Assembly (NCBI GenBank): GCA_031414955.1
Contig: JANOQV010000030.1
Location: 16,296 to 80,295, forward strand
Length of the DNA: 64,000 bases
Reading direction: 5' to 3'
Source of the DNA: Pedosphaera sp.
GTDB taxonomy: Bacteria > Verrucomicrobiota > Verrucomicrobiia > Limisphaerales > SIBH01
Shown: piece by piece, positions 39,589-49,837 of the stretch
Layout: every line of letters starts with the position of its first letter
Position numbering within the stretch: the first letter of the stretch is position 1
Notes under the pieces: generated by a model
Seen by the model: the letters and a program-made list of their open reading frames with translations, nothing else
Told to the model about the DNA's origin: nothing
The model's database searches: none
Made by a program: the position numbers and the translations under genes

Positions 39589-42500
39589 ATGAAACGCACT
39601 CTTGTTGCTGTGTCGGCCCTGTTGGCGGTCTCCGCCCTGGCGGTTCTCCCTCCCGGGAGAGCACCGCTGCCCAACCTCGATCGGCGTGCCTCGCGGGCCG
39701 CGAACCTGCCCAACGAAGTGGCGCCCGAGCAGGCGGTCGCCGTGTCGGCCTTGCGCTCCCGCGTGCCGGGCCTGAAGGTCACGCGCAGCGTGGTGCTGGG
39801 ATCGCCGGTCTTTTTCTCCTCGACCGACGCGCTGCTCACCGGGCCGGACGCGCAGGGTCTGGGCGTGCTGCCGGCCACGGCCCAAGGCATCCCATCCAAC
39901 GATCCGCATCGCGCGGTCAAAGCCTTTCTCAACGAACACGCCGGATTGATCGGATACAACGCCAGTGCCCTGACGGGTGCCCGCGTGAGCCGCGACTACG
40001 TGGCCACGCACAACGGGATGCGGACCGTGGTCTGGCAGCAGGAGTTGAACGGGCTGCCGGTCTTCGAGGCCATCACCATGGGGCACATCACTTCCCAGGG
40101 CGAACTGGTGAACCTCTATTCGCATTTTCTGCCCGACGCCAGCACGGCGGCGGCGCGCGGTTTGAAGGGGCGGGCTACGGTCGCGGCGGCGGCGGGTGCG
40201 GTTCAAATCTCGGTGCTGACGGCCATGTCCGTTGCGGCCGGCAATCTCGGGGATGTGGTTGCTCCTGGATCGTTGACCAGCCTCGGCGCGGCCCAGGGTC
40301 CGGCGCTCAAGCAGACGTTTCGTGGCTCGGGCGCGCTCAATGGCGACCAATACGGCGAACTGGTCTGGCTGCCTATGAACTCCGGCCTGGCCCGGCTCTG
40401 CTGGCAGGTCATCATCACCAGCAAGGCGCGCGGTGAAATGTTCCTGCTCCTGGTCGATGCCGAGACCGGCGAGGTTTTGCTGCGGCGCAATCTGACCAGT
40501 TACATCACCAACTCGACCTACAACGTGTGGACCAGCGACAGCCCTTCTCCCTTCTCGCCCGGTTATCCCACGCCCGGAAATCCGGCCCAGCCGGCGGTCA
40601 TCGCCCGGACTCTCGTGACCATCCCGGCTTTGAACACCAACGCCTCGCCGCTCGGCTGGATCGCCGAGACCGTGAACGAGACGCTGGGCAACAACGTCGA
40701 TGCGCACACCGACCACAACGACAACAACCAAGCCGACCTCCCGCGGCCGACGGGCAATCCGTTCCACGTTTTTGATTTTCCGATCGATTTGGCCAAGTCG
40801 CCGACCAATTACAGCACGGGCGCGGTGGTGCAGCTCTTCTACTGGAACAATTTCGTGCATGACAAATTGTGGGAGATGGGTTTCACCGAGGCGGCGGGCA
40901 ATTTTCAGACGACGAATTTTGGGCGTGGTGGCCTGGGCAATGATGCGGTGCAGGCCGATGCCCAGGATGGTGGAACCCTGAACGACGGGTTTCATGTCAA
41001 CAACGCCAACATGTTCACGCCGCCCGACGGTTTTCCGGCGCGGATGCAAATGTATCTGTTCGATGGCACGGATCCCGACCGGGATGGCGATTTCGACGCG
41101 GAGATCATCATCCACGAATACATGCATGGCCTGAGCAATCGCCGGGTTGGAGGCGGCATCGGGATTAGCACCCTGCAAGCGGCGGGCATGGGGGAAGGGT
41201 GGGGGGATTTTTACGGCTTGAGCATGCTCAGTGAATCCAACGACCCCATCAACGGCGAATGGGCCATGGGCGGTTATGCCACACTCAATTTTGCCGGCCT
41301 CAACCTGACGGATAATTACTACTTCGGCATCCGCCATTTTCCGTACTCCACGAATCTTTTGAAGAACCCGTTCACCTTCAAGGACATCGACCCGACTCAG
41401 ATCAGTCCTCATGCTGGGATTCCCCGCAGTCCGCTGTACCTTCCGTACACTCCCTTCGAGGCCGATGAGGTTCACCATCAGGGCGAAGTGTGGTGCGTAA
41501 CCTTGTTCGAGATGCGGGCCAATCTCATTGCGAAGTACGGCTTCGCGGGCAACCGGGTCGCGCTCCAACTCGTGACCGATGCCATGGCCTTGTGCCCGCC
41601 CAACCCTAACTTCCTCCAATCGCGCGATGCCATTCTGCAGGCCGACGTGGTCAACAACACCAACGCCAATTACGCCGAGATTTGGAAAGCATTTGCCAAG
41701 CGTGGCATGGGGAGCAGCGCGACCTCGCCGAACAGCACGACCACCGTGGGCGTCCATGAGTCCTTTGACTTCCCGGGCCTGGCGGTTACGACGGTCGCGG
41801 TGAATGACGTCTTCTCCGGCAATGGCAACGGGGCCATCGATTTCAATGAATGCGTCGAGATTTCGGTGGGGTTGCGCAATAACTCCGTCACCACGGCCCG
41901 CTCGGTGTCCGGCACCCTGCGGACTACGACTCCGGGGGTGACCATCGCCCAGTCCAACGCCGTCTATGCGGATCTGGCGCCGGGTGCCTCGGGGTTGAAC
42001 CTCACGCCTTACCGTGTTTATACCGATCCGACCTTTGTTTGCGGCACCCCTATTCAGTTCGCGCTCGTGGCTTCGGCCATCACCACCACGCAGTCCGTGA
42101 CCACGAATTTGTTTCAGTTGCGCAGTGGCTTCGTGAGCCTCAACCCCACGTTGATCAACAACAGCACGCCGGCCAGCATCCCGGACGGCAGCACCAACGG
42201 GGTGGAGTCGTTGATCAATGTTTCTGGTCTCGCGGCCGCCGTGGGCAAGATCACAGTTTCTCTCCATCTTACCCACACCTACGCCAGCGACCTTCTCCTC
42301 CAGTTGATCGGCCCGGATGGCACCACGGTGGACCTCTCCCAAAATCAAGGCGGGGCCGGGCAGAATTTTGGGGCGAGCTGCAGCCCGACGACCTTGCGCA
42401 CCACTTTTGATGACAACGCGCCCCAGGCGCTGAGTTCCGCAGTCGCACCCTTCATCGGCACGTTCCGTCCGGATGAAACTTTGACCGCCTTCGCGGGTAA

Positions 42501-45500
42501 ATCCGGCGCGGCTTTGAACGGCACCTGGCGTCTGCGGATCGTGGACGGCTTCCCGCAGGATGCCGGGACGTTGCAGTGCTGGACCTTGGCGCTTTATCCC
42601 ACGCTCTGCACCAATGGCGGAGGCACCTGCGTTTCCGACGTGGCGCTGAACGCCACCGCCGCGCCCGACCCGGCTGTGGCGGGCTTTGATCTGACCTATC
42701 AACTTGCCGTGACCAACAGCCGCCCGATCCCGGCCTCCGCTGTGGTGCTCACCCATGTCCTTTCCTCGAACGCCACCTTCGTTTCCGCCCTCTCCAGCCA
42801 GGCGGCTTGTGCGTTCAACAACGGCACCGTGACATGCGTGTTCGGCACCTTGCCGGTTGGGGCCAATGCCAGTGCCACCATCGTGATCCGGCCGCTCGCC
42901 GTGGGCCTCATCAGCAGCGTCTTCTCCGCTGGCTCCTCCACGCCGGACTCCAACCTTTCCAACAATGTCGTCACGCTGAACTCGGTCGTAATCGGGCCGG
43001 CTCCGGCCTTTGCTGCCGCCGGCGCGCAGGTCGTCGCCGAGAGCATCGCGCCGCCAACCGGTGGCATTGAGGCCGGAGAGACGGTGTCCGTGAACCTGGG
43101 CCTGCGTAACGTCGGGCCGATTGCCTCGGGGAACCTCGTGGCCACTCTCATCGAGGGCAACGGAGTAATCGCTCCTGGTGCCGCCCAGAGTTACGGCGCG
43201 ATTGCTTCGGGCGGCGTGGGGACGCAGTTGTTTTCCTTCTCGGCTCCGGGCGCGCCCGGCACCTCCATCGACGCCGTGTTGCAACTTCAGGATGGGGTGC
43301 AAAACCTGGGTGTTGTTACCTTCCACTTCACCGTCGGTGGCGAGGTCACGTTCGAGAACAACGCCCCCATCGTGATCAACCAGTTTGGGGCCTCGACGCC
43401 GTATCCGTCCGTGATCAACGCCGGCGGCGTGGTCGGCTCGCTGGCCGGGGTGCGGGCCACGTTCACCAAGCTCACCCACAGCTTTCCCGATGACATCGAC
43501 GCTTTGCTGGTCAGCCCGCAGGGGCAGAGGCTACTGCTCATGTCAGACGCGGGAGGCAACGTCGCGATCACCAACCGTACGCTTACTTTCGACGATGCGG
43601 CGGCCGGCCCGTTGCCCAACGAGACGGGCCTGGTGGCGGGCAGCTTCCGTCCCTCAAATTTCGATTCCGGCACCGAGCCGGGCGGAGACATCTTTCCCGC
43701 GCCCGCGCCCGTCGGTTCACTCATCACTTCCCTGGCGGGCTTTGCCGGCAGCGATCCGAACGGGCCTTGGTCGCTGTTCATTCACGACGATGGCGGTGGG
43801 GATGCCGGCTCGGTTTCCGGTGGTTGGTCGCTGACTTTGAACACGGTTTATCCGGTCAATCCCTTGGCCGATCTCGCCGTGACGGCCGTGGCGGTTCCCG
43901 CTGCGCCCATCCTTGATGAGCCGCTCACCCTGATCCTGACTGTGACCAATCTTGGCCCTAGCAATGCGCCTTCCGTGGTCCTGACCGACGTTCTCCCGGC
44001 CGGCAGTTCCTTCGTGAACGGTTCCGCCAGCCAAGGCGGGGGAGTGAGTTTCGCTGCTGGAGTCGTGACGGCGAATCTTGGCTCGATGAACGTCGGCTCC
44101 AGCGCCACGGTCACGATTCAATTGACACCCACAGCCCTCGGCCTGGCCGTCAACAGCGCCACCGTCTCGGGTGCTTTGACTGATCTGGTGCCCGTCAACA
44201 ACACCGCTATCACGGCGCTCACGGTGGGCAGTCCCGTGGGTGATGTGTCGCTGTCGGTCGTCGCTTCGGCCCAGCCGGTGTTCCTCTCCAGCAATGTCGT
44301 CTTCACCGTGCTCATCACCAATCGCGGTCCGAACCACGCCGCCCATGTGCAGGCCGGCACTTTCATGGCCTCCGTGCTGAGCGTGGTCTCCGCTGTCACG
44401 ACGCAGGGTGGATGTGTTTTCGCCAGTGGCCAGGCGCTCTGCGACCTCGGCGATCTTCCGGCCAACGGCAGCGCGGTCGTGACCATTACCGCCGTGGCTT
44501 CGTCCATCGGTTCGGCCCCGGCCAATTTCGCCGTGAGTTCCGACCCGACCGACCCCGTGCCGGCCAACAACTCGACCAACCTGCTTTGCACGGTCATTCC
44601 GACCTCGCCGGTGATTGTTCCGGCTGGCTCCGCGCTGCTCAACGAAGCCCTTCCGGCCAACGGCTCCATTGAATCAGGCGAGACCGTGACCTTGAGCTTC
44701 GGCCTGCGTAACGTCGGCAACGCCGACGCCGCGGACCTCATCGCCACGCTCCTTCCAACCGGTGGCGTCACTGGCCCGGGCGGACCGTTCCATTTCGGTG
44801 CGCTGCTCGCGAACGGTCCCACCGTCTCGAAGCCTTACAGTTTCACCGCGGGCGGCGCTCCGGGCAGCGCGCTCACGGCCACATTCCAGTTGTCGGACAA
44901 CGGGCAAAGCCTCGGCACGGCGGTGTTCGCCTTTACCTTGAGCGCGAGTCGCTCCTTCACGAACAGCAACCTGATCATCATTCCCAACCAGGGACAGGCC
45001 ACGAATTATCCTTCAACGCTCAACGTCTCCGGCATTGCCGGCGCGGCCAGCCGGGTGACCGTGAATATCAAACAGTTGACTCACACCTTCCCCGAAGACA
45101 TCGACCTGCTCCTCGTTGGTCCCGCCGGGCAGAAAGTGCTGCTCATGTCCGACGCGGGCGCGGGCAATGCCGTCAGCGGCGTCAACCTGACTTTCGACGA
45201 CGCGGCCACGGCGCTGCCGTTTAGTTCTATTATTTCCAGTGGCACCTATCATGGGACGGATTATCCGCCTGGCGACACGTTCCCGGCTCCCGCTCCGGCT
45301 GGGCCTTACGGCACCAATCTCGCCGTGTTCAACGGGATCAATCCCAACGGCACCTGGTCGCTCTACATCTTTGATGACGCCGTCGGCGACGCGGGCCGTG
45401 TCGATGGTGGTTGGACCCTGAACATCCAGACCGCCGCTCCCATCGTCTCCGCTGCGGATGTCGCGGTGACGGCGATCGCCCCGACGGTCGTCGAATCTGG

Positions 45501-46014
45501 CACGCCTTTCAGCTACGTGCTGACGGTGGCAAATTTCGGACCGGCACCCGCCACTGGCGTCACTTTGAGTGATTCGTTGCCGGCGGGTTTCATCCTCAGT
45601 GGCGTCACGGTCAGTCAGGGCAGCTACAGCACTGGTCCTGGCACCATCACGGCAAACCTTGGAGCGCTCGCCCTTGGTGCCACCGCCACCGTCACCGTGA
45701 ATGGTGCCGCCGTCGGGCCGATCACTCTCGTGAATCTCGTCTCCGTCAGCGCGGTTCAGGCCGATCCCAATCCGGCCAACAATCTCCTCGCGCCGGCGAC
45801 GACGGTGAACGCGCTTGCCCTCACCATCCAGCGCAGCGATGGCAACGTAATCATCACCTGGCCGTTCCCGGCCCCGGGCTACGTCCTGCAATCCGCCGCC
45901 ACCATCGAGGGGCCGTTTACCAACTCGGGCCTTTCCGTCACGACGGTCAACGGTCGGAACCAGGTCGTCGCGCCCGCCACCGGATCGACCTACTACCGCC
46001 TCCAGAAACCGTAA
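39589..46014 (+). CDS. Exported M36 (fungalysin-type) metallopeptidase (~2140 aa) with FTP/PepSY-like propeptide, three P-domains, DUF11 repeats, shared C-terminal domain
   Basis: Signal peptide MKRTLVAVSALLAVSALA. Propeptide motifs WQQELNGLPVFE and LVDAETGEVL. GFTEAAGNFQ, NNANMFTPPDG..RMQMY, HEYMHGLSNR at 41113 and GMGEGWGD are M36 signatures. Ends TYYRLQKP. Confidence 0.9.
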   Translation: MKRTLVAVSALLAVSALAVLPPGRAPLPNLDRRASRAANLPNEVAPEQAVAVSALRSRVPGLKVTRSVVLGSPVFFSSTDALLTGPDAQGLGVLPATAQGIPSNDPHRAVKAFLNEHAGLIGYNASALTGARVSRDYVATHNGMRTVVWQQELNGLPVFEAITMGHITSQGELVNLYSHFLPDASTAAARGLKGRATVAAAAGAVQISVLTAMSVAAGNLGDVVAPGSLTSLGAAQGPALKQTFRGSGALNGDQYGELVWLPMNSGLARLCWQVIITSKARGEMFLLLVDAETGEVLLRRNLTSYITNSTYNVWTSDSPSPFSPGYPTPGNPAQPAVIARTLVTIPALNTNASPLGWIAETVNETLGNNVDAHTDHNDNNQADLPRPTGNPFHVFDFPIDLAKSPTNYSTGAVVQLFYWNNFVHDKLWEMGFTEAAGNFQTTNFGRGGLGNDAVQADAQDGGTLNDGFHVNNANMFTPPDGFPARMQMYLFDGTDPDRDGDFDAEIIIHEYMHGLSNRRVGGGIGISTLQAAGMGEGWGDFYGLSMLSESNDPINGEWAMGGYATLNFAGLNLTDNYYFGIRHFPYSTNLLKNPFTFKDIDPTQISPHAGIPRSPLYLPYTPFEADEVHHQGEVWCVTLFEMRANLIAKYGFAGNRVALQLVTDAMALCPPNPNFLQSRDAILQADVVNNTNANYAEIWKAFAKRGMGSSATSPNSTTTVGVHESFDFPGLAVTTVAVNDVFSGNGNGAIDFNECVEISVGLRNNSVTTARSVSGTLRTTTPGVTIAQSNAVYADLAPGASGLNLTPYRVYTDPTFVCGTPIQFALVASAITTTQSVTTNLFQLRSGFVSLNPTLINNSTPASIPDGSTNGVESLINVSGLAAAVGKITVSLHLTHTYASDLLLQLIGPDGTTVDLSQNQGGAGQNFGASCSPTTLRTTFDDNAPQALSSAVAPFIGTFRPDETLTAFAGKSGAALNGTWRLRIVDGFPQDAGTLQCWTLALYPTLCTNGGGTCVSDVALNATAAPDPAVAGFDLTYQLAVTNSRPIPASAVVLTHVLSSNATFVSALSSQAACAFNNGTVTCVFGTLPVGANASATIVIRPLAVGLISSVFSAGSSTPDSNLSNNVVTLNSVVIGPAPAFAAAGAQVVAESIAPPTGGIEAGETVSVNLGLRNVGPIASGNLVATLIEGNGVIAPGAAQSYGAIASGGVGTQLFSFSAPGAPGTSIDAVLQLQDGVQNLGVVTFHFTVGGEVTFENNAPIVINQFGASTPYPSVINAGGVVGSLAGVRATFTKLTHSFPDDIDALLVSPQGQRLLLMSDAGGNVAITNRTLTFDDAAAGPLPNETGLVAGSFRPSNFDSGTEPGGDIFPAPAPVGSLITSLAGFAGSDPNGPWSLFIHDDGGGDAGSVSGGWSLTLNTVYPVNPLADLAVTAVAVPAAPILDEPLTLILTVTNLGPSNAPSVVLTDVLPAGSSFVNGSASQGGGVSFAAGVVTANLGSMNVGSSATVTIQLTPTALGLAVNSATVSGALTDLVPVNNTAITALTVGSPVGDVSLSVVASAQPVFLSSNVVFTVLITNRGPNHAAHVQAGTFMASVLSVVSAVTTQGGCVFASGQALCDLGDLPANGSAVVTITAVASSIGSAPANFAVSSDPTDPVPANNSTNLLCTVIPTSPVIVPAGSALLNEALPANGSIESGETVTLSFGLRNVGNADAADLIATLLPTGGVTGPGGPFHFGALLANGPTVSKPYSFTAGGAPGSALTATFQLSDNGQSLGTAVFAFTLSASRSFTNSNLIIIPNQGQATNYPSTLNVSGIAGAASRVTVNIKQLTHTFPEDIDLLLVGPAGQKVLLMSDAGAGNAVSGVNLTFDDAATALPFSSIISSGTYHGTDYPPGDTFPAPAPAGPYGTNLAVFNGINPNGTWSLYIFDDAVGDAGRVDGGWTLNIQTAAPIVSAADVAVTAIAPTVVESGTPFSYVLTVANFGPAPATGVTLSDSLPAGFILSGVTVSQGSYSTGPGTITANLGALALGATATVTVNGAAVGPITLVNLVSVSAVQADPNPANNLLAPATTVNALALTIQRSDGNVIITWPFPAPGYVLQSAATIEGPFTNSGLSVTTVNGRNQVVAPATGSTYYRLQKP

Positions 46015-46035
46015 TCGTCCTCCGGCGTCGCACGG

Positions 46036-46632
46036 ATGAAACTCTTCGGGCTGACCGGCGGGATCGGGATGGGCAAATCCACCTCGGCCGGCCTGCTCTC
46101 CCTCGGCGGGATTCCTGTCCTCGACACCGACGTCATCGCGCGGGAAATCGTCGAGCCGGGGCAGTCAGCCCTCACTGAGATCGCTGCGGCGTTTGGGGTT
46201 GAACTGATTGATGCCGAAGGGAAACTCCGCCGCGCCGCGCTCGCTGAGATTGTCTTTTCCTCGCCGGAGAAATTGAAGGAACTCGAAGCCATCCTGCATC
46301 CTCTCATCCGCGAACGCTGGCGCGGCCAGGCGGCGCTCTGGCGGCGGGAAGGCCGGTTGGCCGGCGTGGTCATCATTCCTCTTTTGTTCGAGACCGGTTC
46401 TCAGTCGTACTTCGATTCGATCCTTTGCACCGTCTGCTCACCGCGCACCCAGCAGGAACGATTGGTCGCGCGGGGTTGGCCAGAACACCAGATCCAGCAG
46501 CGCCTGGCTGCGCAATGGCCGGTGGAAAAAAAGGTGGCCGCCTCGAATTTTGTGATCTGGACCGAGGGCGTGATGGAAATCCATCTCCTCCAGTTGCGGC
46601 GTATCCTCGGCGATTACCTGCCCCCACGCTGA
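46036..46632 (+). CDS. coaE: Dephospho-CoA kinase
   Basis: GLTGGIGMGKST P-loop, DTDVIARE, LEAILHPLI, IPLLFE. Confidence 0.95.
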   Translation: MKLFGLTGGIGMGKSTSAGLLSLGGIPVLDTDVIAREIVEPGQSALTEIAAAFGVELIDAEGKLRRAALAEIVFSSPEKLKELEAILHPLIRERWRGQAALWRREGRLAGVVIIPLLFETGSQSYFDSILCTVCSPRTQQERLVARGWPEHQIQQRLAAQWPVEKKVAASNFVIWTEGVMEIHLLQLRRILGDYLPPR

Positions 46633-47018
46633 TTCCAACTCGACAGACCGGAGAGCACGAGCACGAGCGTGCCGAAGATCGTCCCGCTGATGGGGGTGGG
46701 AATGCCCGCCAGGACTCCTCCGAGCAAGCCTTTGAGCAAAGCGCCGCCGAAGCTGTCGCCGTTGCGCCGGCGCTGGATCCAGAATACACCCGCCGTGGTG
46801 ATGAGGAAGGCCAGGGGCGCGGTGATGATGGCGGCGGCTTCGGCGGTCACGGCTTCCGGTGCGAAGAAGAACCAATCGACCGCGAGAATGAGCAGACCGC
46901 TCGTGGGGTGAAGCCAGAACCTGGTGCGTGGCCGTGGGGTTGGGCCGGCATCCTCGTATCTCTGGAGGCGCACGGGGATTTGCGGTGGCACCACGGCCGG
47001 CTTTTCCTGCTCGTTCAC
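46614..47018 (-). CDS. Small hypothetical membrane protein
   Basis: GTG start preceded by a promoter-like motif. Several hydrophobic segments (GLLILAVDWFFF, AIITAPLAFLITTAGVFWI, GLLGGVLAGIPTPISGTIFG). Confidence 0.65.
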   Translation of the reverse strand: MNEQEKPAVVPPQIPVRLQRYEDAGPTPRPRTRFWLHPTSGLLILAVDWFFFAPEAVTAEAAAIITAPLAFLITTAGVFWIQRRRNGDSFGGALLKGLLGGVLAGIPTPISGTIFGTLVLVLSGLSSWNQRGGR

Positions 47019-47053
47019 GCGGCCACCCTAAGCCAGGCCGGGCGTGATTGGAA
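47019..47053 (-). promoter_or_regulatory. Putative sigma70 promoter for a leaderless transcript
   Basis: Minus strand reads TTCCAA-17nt-TAGGGT-6nt-GTG. Confidence 0.4.
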
Positions 47054-47097
47054 CATCGAGATTTGGAGCTTCGTTGGAATTTGGAATTTGGTGTTTC
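47047..47097. repeat. Degenerate heptamer tandem array (TTGGAAT-like) between divergent genes
   Basis: ttggaac...tttggag cttcg ttggaat ttggaat ttggtgt. Confidence 0.6.
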
Positions 47098-47121
47098 CCG
47101 CGGGTCTGGCATCCTCCGGCC

Positions 47122-49326
47122 ATGATTCTGTCACCCGCGGAACTCGAGACCCTCATCCAGGTCAGGCATCGCTCACCCCACACGCTGCTCGGCATGCACC
47201 CGCTCGGGGACGGTTCGGGCGTCGTGGTGCGCGCGTATGCGCCGGGCGCGGCCAGCGTCGCCATCGAGCCGACCCACGAGAAGAAGAAGCCTTCCATCAA
47301 GCTGCAGCGCATTCACGAGAGCGGTCTGTTCGAGGGCATGAGCAAGGAGGCCGGCCACGTTTATGCCTACGACCTGGTGGTGACGGACGCGGCGGGCAAG
47401 CCGTGGCGGATGCGTGACGCTTATTCTTTCCTGCCCACGCTGGGTGAGCAGGACCTGTATCTCTTCGGCAAGGGCGACGAGAGGAAAATTTTCGACAAGC
47501 TGGGCGCGCACCTGCGGGTCATCGACGGCGTGCATGGCACAAGCTTCGCCGTGTGGGCTCCGAACGCCCAGCGCGTCAGCGTGGTCGGCGACTTTAACAA
47601 CTGGGATGGTCGCGTTTACCCGATGCGGAGTCTGGGCGCCTCGGGCGTGTGGGAGATTTTCATTCCCGGCGTGGGCGAGGGTGCGCTCTACAAATTTGAG
47701 ATCCTGGACGCGCATGGGAACATCGTGGTGAAGACGGATCCGTTTGGCTTCTTCTACGAACTGCCACCCAAGCAGGCCGCCATCGTCTGGAACAACCAGA
47801 AGCACCAGTGGCACGACGGCGTGTGGATGACCAATCGACGCAAGCACGATCCGCTGCGCCGCCCCATGAGCATCTACGAAGTGCATCTCGGCTCGTGGAT
47901 GAAGAAGTCGGAGGGCGAGTCGTGGGGCTACCGCGAAGTGGCGCCCAAGCTCGTCGATTACGTGCGCAAGCTGGGCTTCACGCACATCGAGTTCCTGCCG
48001 CTGGCCGAGCACGCCTACTATCCATCGTGGGGCTACCAGGTCACTGGCTTCTACGCGCCCACGAGCCGCTACGGCACGCCGGACGATTTTCAATTCCTCG
48101 TCGATGCCCTGCACGACGCGGACATCGGCGTGATTGTCGATTGGGTGCCCGCGCACTTCCCGCGCGACGAGTGGGCGCTGGCGAAGTTCGACGGCACCGC
48201 GCTCTTTGAGCATGAAGATCCGCGGCAAGGCTCCCATCAGGATTGGGGCACGCTCATTTTTAATTTCGGCCGGCACGAGGTGAGCAACTTTCTCGTGGCC
48301 AACGCGCTCTTCTGGTGCGACCGCTTTCACATCGACGGCCTGCGCGTCGATGCCGTGGCCTCGATGCTCTACCTCGACTACTCGCGCAAGCAGGGCGAAT
48401 GGGTTCCCAACCAGTTCGGCGGGCGCGAGAACATCGAGGCCGTCGAGTTCCTGAAGAAGTTTAACCACGTCGTCCACACGGAATGTCCCGGCGTCATCAC
48501 CATCGCCGAGGAATCAACCGCCTGGCCGCAGGTCACGCGCCCGCCCTATCTCGGTGGGCTGGGCTTCACGCTCAAGTGGAACATGGGCTGGATGCACGAC
48601 ACGCTCGGCTACTTCGGGCGCGAGCCGGTGCATCGCAAGTATCATCAGAACGACCTGACGTTCGCGATGATCTATCACTATCACGAGAACTTCGTCCTCC
48701 CGCTCTCGCACGACGAAGTGGTCCACGGCAAAGGCTCGTTGCGCACACGCATGCCGGGCGACGACTGGCAGGGCTTCGCCAATCTCCGTGCGCTCCTCGC
48801 CTATCAATGGCTCTTCCCCGGCAAGAAGCTGATGTTCATGGGCGGAGAACTCGGCCAGCGCGCCGAGTGGAACGAGAACAGTCAGCTCAATTGGGGGTTG
48901 CTCAACGAAGGCCCGTTCCATCGCGGCACGCAACGCTTCGTCGAGGATTTGAACAAGCTCTACACCCGTGAGCCGGCGCTCTGGGAGACCGACTACGACT
49001 ACGAAGGCTTCTTCTGGATCGACTGCACGAATGCCGAGCAAAGCGTGCTCTCCTTCGTGCGCCAGAGCCGCAACGGCCAGAGCATGATTCTCGTGGTGCT
49101 CAACCTCACGCCCCTGCCGCGCGAGAAATACCGCCTCGGACTCCCGCGCGGCGGACACTGGAGCGAAGTCTTGAACAGCGACGCCGAAATTTACGGCGGC
49201 AGCAACCAGGGCAACCTCGGCGGCGTGACCGCCGCCGACTACCAAGTCCACGGCCAGCCCTTCTCCGCTGAACTTACTCTGCCCCCGTTGGGCGTGGTCG
49301 CGTTCCGGGCGGATGCGCCCGCTTGA
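47122..49326 (+). CDS. glgB: 1,4-alpha-glucan branching enzyme (GH13)
   Basis: [63 protein letters not shown] 47122 preferred over 47044. Confidence 0.97.
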   Translation: MILSPAELETLIQVRHRSPHTLLGMHPLGDGSGVVVRAYAPGAASVAIEPTHEKKKPSIKLQRIHESGLFEGMSKEAGHVYAYDLVVTDAAGKPWRMRDAYSFLPTLGEQDLYLFGKGDERKIFDKLGAHLRVIDGVHGTSFAVWAPNAQRVSVVGDFNNWDGRVYPMRSLGASGVWEIFIPGVGEGALYKFEILDAHGNIVVKTDPFGFFYELPPKQAAIVWNNQKHQWHDGVWMTNRRKHDPLRRPMSIYEVHLGSWMKKSEGESWGYREVAPKLVDYVRKLGFTHIEFLPLAEHAYYPSWGYQVTGFYAPTSRYGTPDDFQFLVDALHDADIGVIVDWVPAHFPRDEWALAKFDGTALFEHEDPRQGSHQDWGTLIFNFGRHEVSNFLVANALFWCDRFHIDGLRVDAVASMLYLDYSRKQGEWVPNQFGGRENIEAVEFLKKFNHVVHTECPGVITIAEESTAWPQVTRPPYLGGLGFTLKWNMGWMHDTLGYFGREPVHRKYHQNDLTFAMIYHYHENFVLPLSHDEVVHGKGSLRTRMPGDDWQGFANLRALLAYQWLFPGKKLMFMGGELGQRAEWNENSQLNWGLLNEGPFHRGTQRFVEDLNKLYTREPALWETDYDYEGFFWIDCTNAEQSVLSFVRQSRNGQSMILVVLNLTPLPREKYRLGLPRGGHWSEVLNSDAEIYGGSNQGNLGGVTAADYQVHGQPFSAELTLPPLGVVAFRADAPA

Positions 49327-49376
49327 CCGTTCGCTCCACGGCCAGCATCGCCCAGGCCACGCCGTCGCGCCGCTTC

Positions 49377-49404
49377 TTGCAATCGCAAGTCAGCATTCTA
49401 CACT
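49377..49404 (+). promoter_or_regulatory. Putative sigma70 promoter for hisI-trpE
   Basis: TTGCAA-16nt-TACACT, 10 nt upstream of ATG 49415. Confidence 0.55.
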
Positions 49405-49414
49405 CCGCCCTCGC

Positions 49415-49804
49415 ATGAGCTTTTATGACAAGCTGAAGTTCAACCCGGACGGCCTGATTCCGGCCATCGTGCAGGAGCAGTCCACCGGACGCGTTCTGAT
49501 GATGGCCTGGATGAACCGCGCCTCGTTGGAGACGACGCTGATGACGGGTCGCACGCATTTCTGGAGCCGCTCGCGGCAGAAGTTTTGGATGAAGGGCGAA
49601 TCCAGCGGCCACACCCAGCAGGTGAAGGACGTGGCCTTCGATTGCGACGGCGACACGCTGCTGATTCAGGTCGAACAGATTGGCGCGGCCTGTCACGAGG
49701 GCTACAAGTCGTGCTTCTTCCGCTCGGTGGAGGCGGACGCGGCGAGTTTCAAGACGACGGAGTTGCAGTTGCAAACCCCCGAAGATATTTACGGGAAGAA
49801 GTAA
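49415..49804 (+). CDS. hisI: Phosphoribosyl-AMP cyclohydrolase
   Basis: [48 protein letters not shown]. Confidence 0.95.
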   Translation: MSFYDKLKFNPDGLIPAIVQEQSTGRVLMMAWMNRASLETTLMTGRTHFWSRSRQKFWMKGESSGHTQQVKDVAFDCDGDTLLIQVEQIGAACHEGYKSCFFRSVEADAASFKTTELQLQTPEDIYGKK

Positions 49805-49837
49805 CCACGGCCCGGAGTCCCACGATTAATCGCACTC

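Noticed and set aside
9543..45891. Very long minus-strand ORFs (e.g. 9543-12230, 22585-26322, 35668-39231, 39580-43479)
   Set aside because: They are antisense shadows of high-GC biased coding genes: Arg/Gly/His/Val-rich, no recognisable motifs, fully overlapping well-supported plus-strand CDSs.
5649..46014. Calling the giants autotransporters, RTX/T1SS substrates, T9SS cargo or PEP-CTERM proteins
   Set aside because: No C-terminal beta-barrel ending in an aromatic residue, no GGxGxD nonapeptide arrays, no PEP+TM tail. The termini lack recognisable T9SS motifs (YPNP, GxY, KxxK).
46650..46670. GAGCAC hexamer repeat
   Set aside because: It encodes LVLVL in the membrane protein on the minus strand and is too short to call an element.
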